From: an uncultured SAR86 cluster bacterium
Lineage (GTDB): Bacteria; Pseudomonadota; Gammaproteobacteria; Magnimaribacterales; D2472
Reading direction: 5' to 3'
Assembly: GCA_943788365.1 (NCBI GenBank)
Contig: CALSPZ010000001.1
Coordinates: 905,970 to 969,969, forward strand
DNA: 64,000 bases
Positions within the stretch are counted from its first letter, which is position 1; each line of letters starts with the position of its first letter. Position numbers and translations under genes: made by a program. Under the pieces are notes generated by a model. It saw only the letters and a list, made by a program, of their open reading frames with translations. It did no database searches and was not told the DNA's origin. Positions 38,308-45,776 of this stretch are shown here, piece by piece.

Positions 38308-38422
38308 TAAATTATTATTTAATTCTTGTGCGATCTTCTTATTATTGTTTGCTATTTCGGGATGTGGTGTTAAAGGTCCGTTAATTAATACAGATAAATC
38401 TCACGAGATTAGGTCAAGTTAA
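38288..38422 (+). CDS. lptM: small lipoprotein, LptM (YifL/LppL)-like, 44 aa (absent from ORF track)
   Basis: [32 protein letters not shown].. has a lipobox (AISGC) followed by the conserved G.KGPL motif of YifL/LppL. It sits directly upstream of lysA-dapF as in Pseudomonas. Its start overlaps the ahcY 3' end by 20 nt and its stop overlaps the lysA ATG (TAATG). Confidence 0.7.
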   Translation: MKLTNINKLLFNSCAIFLLLFAISGCGVKGPLINTDKSHEIRSS

Positions 38423-39663
38423 TGGACTATTTTGAATATAAAAATAATGAACTTTTTTGTGAAGAAGTTAATCTTAAAGAGATATCTAAAAATGTAGGAA
38501 CGCCTGCATATATTTATTCAAAAAAGACTTTAGAGAGGCATGCAAATGCTTATTTGCGATCATTTTCGTCAACCAAAGGCCTAGTTTGTTTTTCTGTAAA
38601 ATCATTGAGCAATCTTTCAGCTCTAAATGTTTTAAAAAATATTGGTTGTGGTTTTGATATTGTTTCTGGAGGGGAACTTCACAGAGTCCTAAAAATTAAA
38701 GCTGATCCAAATAAAATAATATTTTCTGGCGTAGGCAAGTCTGAAGAGGAAATTGAATATGGTATTAGGAATAAAATTCTCTCATTTAATATAGAGTCAG
38801 GTTCAGAGCTTTTAAGAATTGAGAAGATTGCCAGTATGCTTAAAGTAAGCGCATCAATTTCCATTCGATTTAATCCCGAAGTAGACTCAGGTGGACATGA
38901 CTATATAACGACTGGAAGGAAAGGAGATAAATTTGGAATTTCTTCCCTTGAAGAGGTTATGCAAATTGCAGACTATGCAAAAAGATCAAAACATATAAAT
39001 ATGGTTGGCATTGCATGTCACATAGGGTCACAAATACTTAACTTAGAAAGTTATAAGGCTGCAGCAAAAAAAACTGTTGAGCTTGCAGAAAGAATTAATG
39101 CAATTGGTATAGAGCTTAAGTTTTTAGATATGGGTGGGGGCTTGGGTGTTCCGTATAACGGTGAAACTCCTCCAGATCCATCTGATTTAGTAAAAGCTCT
39201 CGAGAGCGCTATGAGTGACAGAAAAGAAAAAATTGTTTTAGAACCAGGAAGGACTATCTCTGCAAATGCTGGTGTTTTGCTTACTTCAATTGAATATATT
39301 AAAGATGATTTTTTAATTGTAGATGCTGCAATGAATGATCTTCTTAGACCATCACTTTACGGTGCTGAGCACGATGTGTGGAATATTAATAATGCTCAAA
39401 GTGCGAATGCAAAGAATTGGAATATAGTGGGTCCAATATGCGAATCGTCTGACTTTATTAGAAAAAATATCACCCTTTCAGCCAAAGAGAGTGATGTCTT
39501 GGCAGTTAAAACAGCTGGTGCATATGGCTTTGTAATGTCCTCAAACTATAACTCAAGGCCAAGGTGTGCAGAGGTTTTGGTAGATGGAGATGGGTTTAAG
39601 ATTATAAAAAAGAGAGAGAGTTATTCAGATCTACTTAATCTTGAAGAAGTGCCAAATGATTGA
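38422..39663 (+). CDS. lysA: diaminopimelate decarboxylase
   Basis: PLP-lysine FSVKS, GGGLGVPY, EPGR and CESSD motifs. Confidence 0.9.
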   Translation: MDYFEYKNNELFCEEVNLKEISKNVGTPAYIYSKKTLERHANAYLRSFSSTKGLVCFSVKSLSNLSALNVLKNIGCGFDIVSGGELHRVLKIKADPNKIIFSGVGKSEEEIEYGIRNKILSFNIESGSELLRIEKIASMLKVSASISIRFNPEVDSGGHDYITTGRKGDKFGISSLEEVMQIADYAKRSKHINMVGIACHIGSQILNLESYKAAAKKTVELAERINAIGIELKFLDMGGGLGVPYNGETPPDPSDLVKALESAMSDRKEKIVLEPGRTISANAGVLLTSIEYIKDDFLIVDAAMNDLLRPSLYGAEHDVWNINNAQSANAKNWNIVGPICESSDFIRKNITLSAKESDVLAVKTAGAYGFVMSSNYNSRPRCAEVLVDGDGFKIIKKRESYSDLLNLEEVPND

Positions 39664-40435
39664 ATTTAATAAAATGCATGGGAATGGAAATGATTTTATT
39701 GTTATAAACTCGCTGGCGAGAGACTTTAATTTTACAAAAAAGAAAATATCTAGGCTGGCTGATAGAAATAAAGGGATTGGGTTTGATCAACTCATAATTA
39801 TTGATGCCCCAACCAATAAAGATGCTGATTTTTTTATTAAATTCTTTAATAGTGATGGAACAAGCGCAAAAATGTGTCTAAATGGGATAAGATGTGCAGC
39901 ATCTTTTATATGGTCTGAAAAACTTTCTCCACATAAAAAAATTTTTCTTCAGACCTCATCAAGAACCATAGAATGCTGCCAAAATAAATCACAAATAGAG
40001 GCTCTAATAAGTATTCCATATATCATTGAGGATCAAGAGCTTGAAAAAAAAATAAGGCAAAATCTCAATACTGCAAAATATTCTCTAGTAGACTGTGGGA
40101 ATAAGCATCTTTGTATCAAAATAAGATCTGTATCTAACTATAAGCTTGAAGATCTATACAAGAAACTGCAGCCGGAAATATCAACTAAAAAAATTAATCT
40201 ATCTATTTACAAAAAAACTAAAGGAGAAATACAAATTAGAACGTATGAAAATGGTGCCGGAGAGACTCTCTCTTGTGGATCTGCATCGGCTTCAGTGGCA
40301 TCTATTGAGTTAAATGAAAAAGGCAAGGCCAAAATATTTTCATCAGGTGGCAAGTTGCAATTCTTGCAATACAAAGACAAACTGAAGATGATCGGTCCTG
40401 CAATAAATGTATATAAGGGAGTAATAGAAGAATGA
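39656..40435 (+). CDS. dapF: diaminopimelate epimerase
   Basis: MIEFNKMHGNGNDFIVI (E. coli MQFSKMHGLGNDFMVV), with catalytic Cys motifs NSDGTSAKMCLNG and ETLSCGS. The ORF-track start at 39641 is a TTG extension. Confidence 0.9.
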   Translation: MIEFNKMHGNGNDFIVINSLARDFNFTKKKISRLADRNKGIGFDQLIIIDAPTNKDADFFIKFFNSDGTSAKMCLNGIRCAASFIWSEKLSPHKKIFLQTSSRTIECCQNKSQIEALISIPYIIEDQELEKKIRQNLNTAKYSLVDCGNKHLCIKIRSVSNYKLEDLYKKLQPEISTKKINLSIYKKTKGEIQIRTYENGAGETLSCGSASASVASIELNEKGKAKIFSSGGKLQFLQYKDKLKMIGPAINVYKGVIEE

Positions 40436-41070
40436 GTAAAAAGCTTGATCCTAAAGATGTGGAAATCTTTCTTCTTGAGAATATAGATTTTTTTAAAGAT
40501 AGAGAAGCATTAATAAGTGAGCTTAAGTTTAATCACTCTTCGGCAGGAAGTGCATCATCTTTACTTGAGCGACAGATACATAGACTTAGAGATGAACAAA
40601 AAGAGCTTATGGATCTATTATCAAATTACATGGAGACGGCATCATTGAATGAAGATCTTTTCAATAAATCTAAAGACCTTACGCTTAGTATTCTTGGCTC
40701 GACATCAAAAGAAGATATAACTACAACTGTTAAAAAAGCTTTTTTAGAAAAATTTAATGTTGATGTTTGTGAGATATCGTTCTATGAAAATCATGAGATA
40801 GAAAATCTAGAAAATAAGACAGGACTCTCTATGCACAAAGGTGCGATTCATTGTGGGCCCTATGCAAAAGAAAAAATTTCTTTCATATTTAAAAATCAAG
40901 AAGTTCAGTCAATGGTGCTAGCAGTTTTTGTTTCTGGAAAAAGAATAGGCATCCTTGCTCTAGGAAGTTTTGATAGAAGCAAATATCTTGGGGATGAAGA
41001 TACTACCTTCATTCAATATATAAGAGATATTATTGAAAAAAGATTGGTGACAATTAAGCCTGATGCCTAA
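40432..41070 (+). CDS. DUF484 family protein (YigA-like)
   Basis: Lies between dapF and xerC. It has an N-terminal V..FL..N..FF motif, a coiled coil and a GAF-like C-terminus. Confidence 0.7.
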   Translation: MSKKLDPKDVEIFLLENIDFFKDREALISELKFNHSSAGSASSLLERQIHRLRDEQKELMDLLSNYMETASLNEDLFNKSKDLTLSILGSTSKEDITTTVKKAFLEKFNVDVCEISFYENHEIENLENKTGLSMHKGAIHCGPYAKEKISFIFKNQEVQSMVLAVFVSGKRIGILALGSFDRSKYLGDEDTTFIQYIRDIIEKRLVTIKPDA

Positions 41071-41974
41071 ATCAGAATATTTTGTTGAGAAAGATATTTC
41101 ATTTTATTTAGAATATATTAAAGACGTCAGAAACCTTTCAATTAACACTGTCAGTTCATACTCTCGTGACTTAAAAAAATTAAGTACTTATTTACAAAAT
41201 ATTGGAATATCATCATATAAAAATATTGATGAAAATACATGTTCTGGATGGGTCGGAGATTTATATCAGCATAAAAATAATCCACGCACAATTCATAGAC
41301 ATCTATCTGCGGCCAAAGGTTTTTTTAAGTTTCTAAAAAAAAATAGTTTAGTAGCTACCTCTCCATTTGAATTAGTTACAGCTCCAAAAGCTGCGAGCTA
41401 CTTGCCTGAAGTATTATCTCCTGAAGATGTTGAGCTCTTGTTAAACTTTAAACCAGAAAATGTTTTGGAAGTAAGAGATCTAGCCCTCATAGAATTAATG
41501 TATTCTTCTGGCTTGCGTGTTTCAGAGGTTGCTGGAATTGACTTAACTGATTTTGAAGAAGAGATGTCGTTTTTAAGAATACTAGGCAAAGGCGCAAAGG
41601 TAAGGATTGTTCCAGTTGGAAGATTTGCTATTGCAGCAGTTGAGAATTGGATTAATGAAAGAGAGAAGTTTTCTAATCCAGATATACCAGCATTATTTAT
41701 AAACTTAAAGGGTACGCGACTTACGGTTAGAAGTATACAAATGAGACTTGCTAGAATATCAACAAAACAGGGTCTGCCAAGGGTTAATCCACATATGCTT
41801 AGGCATAGTTTTGCAACACATATGCTTGAATCAAGCGGCGATCTTAGAACAATTCAAGAACTGCTGGGCCATAGCTCATTATCAACTACGCAGATCTATA
41901 CAAAGCTAGACTATCAGCATCTAGTAAAAATATATGACCAATCACACCCAAGGGCTAGAAATGAAGAAAATTAA
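41063..41974 (+). CDS. xerC: site-specific tyrosine recombinase XerC
   Basis: [32 protein letters not shown] with catalytic Tyr; synteny supports the call. Confidence 0.9.
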   Translation: MPKSEYFVEKDISFYLEYIKDVRNLSINTVSSYSRDLKKLSTYLQNIGISSYKNIDENTCSGWVGDLYQHKNNPRTIHRHLSAAKGFFKFLKKNSLVATSPFELVTAPKAASYLPEVLSPEDVELLLNFKPENVLEVRDLALIELMYSSGLRVSEVAGIDLTDFEEEMSFLRILGKGAKVRIVPVGRFAIAAVENWINEREKFSNPDIPALFINLKGTRLTVRSIQMRLARISTKQGLPRVNPHMLRHSFATHMLESSGDLRTIQELLGHSSLSTTQIYTKLDYQHLVKIYDQSHPRARNEEN

Positions 41975-42668
41975 ATTAATAACCTTTGATCTTGATGATA
42001 CTTTTTGGGATATTGAACCAGTAATAATCAATGCCGAGCGCTCGACAAGAAAATTTCTTGAAAACTATATTGGTAAACAGGAATGGGGTTCATTATCAGA
42101 TTTTTTAAGCTTCAGAAGGGAGCTGATTGAAATAGATCCCTCGCTTGAATGGGATATAAAGGGATTGAGAAGAGCTATCTACCAAAACAAGATACTTGAT
42201 TCAGGCTATTCTGAAAAGGATTCCATAGAACTCGTTGATAAATGCTATAAATTTTTTCTAGAGAAAAGGCATGATGTTACTTTTTACGATAATGTTTTTG
42301 AATCTATTAAGGAGCTTTCAGCAGATTATTCATTAGGAGTTTTAACAAATGGAAATGCTGATATATTTAATTTTGATATTGGGAAATATTTTGATTTCTC
42401 CATAAGCTCATATGATGTTAAGTCAAATAAGCCTGATGAGGGTCATTTTGTAGCTGCAAGAAATAAATATAATAATCTCAGATATGATGAAATTGTCCAT
42501 ATAGGAGATCACCCTATTAATGATGTAAGAGGAGCTCTCGATATAGGAATTAATGCAATTTGGTTTAATGGCATGGGAAAAGAATGGAAAGAGGAAAATA
42601 TTAAAGAGCCATTACAATTCAAAGACTGGAGTAAAATTACTAGATTAATTAAAAGTAACTATGAGTGA
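41961..42668 (+). CDS. HAD-superfamily hydrolase (YigB-like)
   Basis: [11 protein letters not shown] motif I, LTNGN, SNKPD and GDHPINDV motifs. The start is set at [10 protein letters not shown]. Confidence 0.8.
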   Translation: MKKIKLITFDLDDTFWDIEPVIINAERSTRKFLENYIGKQEWGSLSDFLSFRRELIEIDPSLEWDIKGLRRAIYQNKILDSGYSEKDSIELVDKCYKFFLEKRHDVTFYDNVFESIKELSADYSLGVLTNGNADIFNFDIGKYFDFSISSYDVKSNKPDEGHFVAARNKYNNLRYDEIVHIGDHPINDVRGALDIGINAIWFNGMGKEWKEENIKEPLQFKDWSKITRLIKSNYE

Positions 42669-42891
42669 TAAAGATATAACTAAAGCAATAATTAATATTT
42701 TAAAAAAAGAACTGGGGGGAGTTGTTGACCTAATCCCAAGCAATCTGACTCATGATTTAAGCAATGCATTATCCCCAAAAATAGAAGAAATAATAGAAAG
42801 TAACGGCTTTGTAAAAAAAACTAAGTATGAAGCGCTATCGAAGCTTGCAAATGATTTAGAGAAAAGAGTGAGTGATCTAGAAAAATCTTAG
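42661..42891 (+). CDS. UbiK/YqiC (BMFP)-like coiled-coil accessory protein
   Basis: 76 aa. The C-terminal half, FVKKTKYEALSKLANDLEKRVSDLEKS, follows the YqiC pattern (V.REEFD....L......L..LE.R...LE). Confidence 0.45.
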   Translation: MSDKDITKAIINILKKELGGVVDLIPSNLTHDLSNALSPKIEEIIESNGFVKKTKYEALSKLANDLEKRVSDLEKS

Positions 42892-43298
42892 CTTGATTTA
42901 TCTAGCATATACTTAACAACAGCTGCTATCTCATCCTTTGAGCAATCTGTACACAATCCCTTGGCCGGCATTGCGTTGTAGCCGTTATATGCATTGTTAA
43001 CCAACATATCCATACCTTTTGGTATTCTATTAGCCCATTGGCTTATATTGCCTGTTATAGGAGATCCAGCAACACCTGCATCATGACATGCAGCGCAGCC
43101 AGATGTATAAATTTGATCAACAGATCTAGCAGATTTAGAAGATGAAGATTGAGCGACTTGTCCACACTGTTGACCTTCAAGACAAAGATTTACTTGGAGG
43201 TGAATCCTTTCAATAACAGATTCATCATACTTTTTTCCATTAAAAAGAAAGAGGGCGCAAAGGGGTAAAATGACTAAGTAATATTTATTTTTTTTCAT
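42888..43298 (-). CDS. cytochrome c5 family protein
   Basis: N-terminal membrane anchor, CAACHDAGVAGSP heme site, NAMPAKGLCTDCS extra disulfide pair, and a V.YM ending. Confidence 0.85.
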   Translation of the reverse strand: MKKNKYYLVILPLCALFLFNGKKYDESVIERIHLQVNLCLEGQQCGQVAQSSSSKSARSVDQIYTSGCAACHDAGVAGSPITGNISQWANRIPKGMDMLVNNAYNGYNAMPAKGLCTDCSKDEIAAVVKYMLDKSS

Positions 43299-43334
43299 AA
43301 TTTGACTGCATTATATATATTTTTTTAGAATTTT

Positions 43335-43965
43335 CTACGATCTTGATCGTTGCATCTCTACAACATATTCAGCTACTTTGAACATTTCCTCATATGACCT
43401 TTTTGGAGAAATAATATAAGAGCCATCAACGATTAACATTGGAGTTGAGCTCAGCCTTAGCTGTTTTGCAATTTTTACACCCCTACTTACTTTTTGTTTT
43501 ACAGCAAATGATTTTAGGTATGCCTCTGAGGTTTCGGGAGCTACTCCAAAGCCTTTTAAAAATTTTATAATTGCTTTATCACTATTTAAAAAGTTTTTCT
43601 CTTTATGAATTGATACAAATACTGCTGCGTGAGCACTTTCGGGCAAATCTAGTGCTTCAATTGTGTAATATAGTGCGGCATGTCTTTGATGAATTGCTTG
43701 CCATGTAATTGGAAGTTTTGAGAACTTAACATCATCAGGCAAGTGTTTTTTTCCATCCATTTACAGGCCCGTCAAAGGTATAGCAAGCGCCACAGCCATA
43801 CCAAAACACTTCCATAACCTCAACAATACCGTCTTGTTTTACAGGCAAGGGATTGTCTATTCGAGTATAGTCTCTTCCCATTTTATATTCTGCATTCGCA
43901 ATGCCAGAAAAACTAAAAATGGATAAAAGTAAAAGTGTTATGTTAAATAATTTAAAATTTTTCAT
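43335..43965 (-). pseudogene. dsbA: thiol:disulfide interchange protein DsbA interrupted by a +1 nt frameshift in an A7 run (real pseudogene or sequence error)
   Basis: The 76-aa N-terminal ORF has a signal peptide and VFWYGCGACYTFDGPVNGWKK. The 141-aa C-terminal ORF begins ..KKHLPDDVKFSKLPITW... The frame changes inside the T7 run at 43746-43752 (A7 on the coding strand). With A6 the gene reads through as 209 aa, a typical DsbA length. Confidence 0.85.
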
Positions 43966-44606
43966 TTATAAAGTCCGTGCATATAATTTGCTAATGCGTC
44001 TATGTCTTCGTCAGAAAGATTTTGCGATACAGCTTGCATTACTGAAGCATACTCGCCAGCATTCCTTTCATTTGATCTGTATGCTTTTAAAGAAGAGGTT
44101 AAATACCCAACTTGTTGGCCTGCTATTGCTGGGAAGCCTGCAAGGCTGAGCCCATTTCCATAAACTGAGTGGCATGCTGAGCATGCGGGTATACCTTTTT
44201 CAAGATTTCCTCCTCTATATAGACTCATACCAAGACTTAATAAATCCTCTTCATTCTTTGCCTGGCCAACTGATGTTTTGTTTGATTCATAAAAAGCGGC
44301 AATATCAAGTAAGTTCTTATCTGTAAGAGTATTTAAATATGGAGTTACCGCCATCATTAGAGCGTTCTGCCTTTCCCCACTTTGAAAAAGCTTAAGTTGC
44401 TCATATGTATATTTTTGATTTTGGCCAGCTAGTTTTGGCCAGTCAGAGTTAATACTATTTCCATCGACGCCATGACATGCCGCACAAGTTGCAACTAAAT
44501 TACTGCCTGCATTCGCACTACCCTTTTCAGCAAGATTTGGCATTTCTATTTCAGCAGCAACTATTGAGAGACTGGTTAAAGTTAAGAACATTAAAATTAA
44601 TTTCAT
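43962..44606 (-). CDS. cc4: dihaem cytochrome c4
   Basis: Signal peptide (MKLILMFLTLTSLSIVAA) and two CxxCH sites (CAACHG, CSACHS). The engB/cc4/dsbA neighbourhood matches Pseudomonas. The ORF-track start at 44750 would overlap the divergent engB. Confidence 0.9.
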   Translation of the reverse strand: MKLILMFLTLTSLSIVAAEIEMPNLAEKGSANAGSNLVATCAACHGVDGNSINSDWPKLAGQNQKYTYEQLKLFQSGERQNALMMAVTPYLNTLTDKNLLDIAAFYESNKTSVGQAKNEEDLLSLGMSLYRGGNLEKGIPACSACHSVYGNGLSLAGFPAIAGQQVGYLTSSLKAYRSNERNAGEYASVMQAVSQNLSDEDIDALANYMHGLYK

Positions 44607-44678
44607 TTTTCTTATGTGATTCTTGTGGTGTGTATTGGGTGTATTATAAACAATGCTTGATATGATATAAACGTTTAA

Positions 44679-45257
44679 ATGAAAAACCTTTTTAAAAATA
44701 CTGATTTTATGCTTGGGGTTACCAAGTTTAAAAGCCTTCCTGAGGATCATGGGTCTGAAATATTGCTTGCGGGTCGGTCTAATGCAGGAAAGTCTAGTGC
44801 GCTGAATGCACTCACAGAAAACCCAAAACTTGCAAGAATAAGTAAAACACCAGGCAGAACGACTGAAATAAATTTCTTTAAAGTCAATGATTCATTGAAG
44901 CTTGTGGATCTACCTGGATATGGTTTTGCTAAATCAAGTTTTCATAAAAGAAAGGATTGGGCGCCTCTTTTAGAAGAATATTTTGCAAAGAGAGATGCCT
45001 TGAAAGCTGTTGTTATTTTTATGGATATTAGACACCCTCTAAAAGATAGTGATAGAGATATGATTGATTTATGTAATTCTTCTGATGTTGCATTCATTCC
45101 AGTGTTAACAAAAAGTGATAAATTTTCAAATAACCAAAAATTCAAAGCAATCTCTGCCGTAAACAAAAAAATGCATGATTGTGAGGCTTTAGCAGTATCG
45201 TCTAAAGACAATATTGGATTTGAAAAATTATCTAAAGCTATATTGGAGTTCTGTTAA
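44679..45257 (+). CDS. engB: ribosome biogenesis GTPase YihA/YsxC
   Basis: GRSNAGKSSALNAL (G1), DLPGYG (G3) and TKSDK (G4). Confidence 0.9.
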   Translation: MKNLFKNTDFMLGVTKFKSLPEDHGSEILLAGRSNAGKSSALNALTENPKLARISKTPGRTTEINFFKVNDSLKLVDLPGYGFAKSSFHKRKDWAPLLEEYFAKRDALKAVVIFMDIRHPLKDSDRDMIDLCNSSDVAFIPVLTKSDKFSNNQKFKAISAVNKKMHDCEALAVSSKDNIGFEKLSKAILEFC

Positions 45258-45775
45258 TGCTTGCATATCAAGAACAAGATTGCGATCTTACTCTGGCTGA
45301 GGGCCTCCAGTGCTACTACGATTCATTCCCTCAAGATAAAGAAATTTTTACTGACACAGACAGTTCTGGAAAGCTTCTTAGAGATCATGATTGTACTCAT
45401 GTTATTTTTGGTCTTGATATCAGCATAGATCAAGAGGCTATCTTAGATACATGGGTCTTATGGGGATCAAAATTTAAATGGGCCTATCTCCTTAGCTATA
45501 GCAGGCTTCCTCAAATAAAAGAGCTAACAAAACATCTTTTTAAAGAGCTAGGTGTAAAGGGGTTTTTAAAACTTTACTGGAATGTCATTGCGGTAAAAAG
45601 AAAAGTTGTCTTAAAAACTTTTAAAATGAAAAAAAAGTGGCCATTTCAAGTGCCTGAAGAATATTTTAGTATGAAAATAACAGACTTAAGAAATATGCAT
45701 GGAATTATTGTCCTTAAAGAAGAGGATCATAAATACACCCCTCTTGTTTGGTCAGGCTCTATAAAAGCTGAATAA
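45257..45775 (+). CDS. hypothetical protein with a Coq4-like HDxxH-x11-E metal-binding motif
   Basis: RDHDCTHVIFGLDISIDQEAILDTW compares with human COQ4 [23 protein letters not shown] (from memory), with identical spacing HDxxH-11-E-6-W. The C-terminal W..y.....i.DLR..HGI resembles the COQ4 C-terminus. The ATG overlaps the engB stop (TAATG). Confidence 0.45.
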   Translation: MLAYQEQDCDLTLAEGLQCYYDSFPQDKEIFTDTDSSGKLLRDHDCTHVIFGLDISIDQEAILDTWVLWGSKFKWAYLLSYSRLPQIKELTKHLFKELGVKGFLKLYWNVIAVKRKVVLKTFKMKKKWPFQVPEEYFSMKITDLRNMHGIIVLKEEDHKYTPLVWSGSIKAE

Positions 45776-45776
45776 G

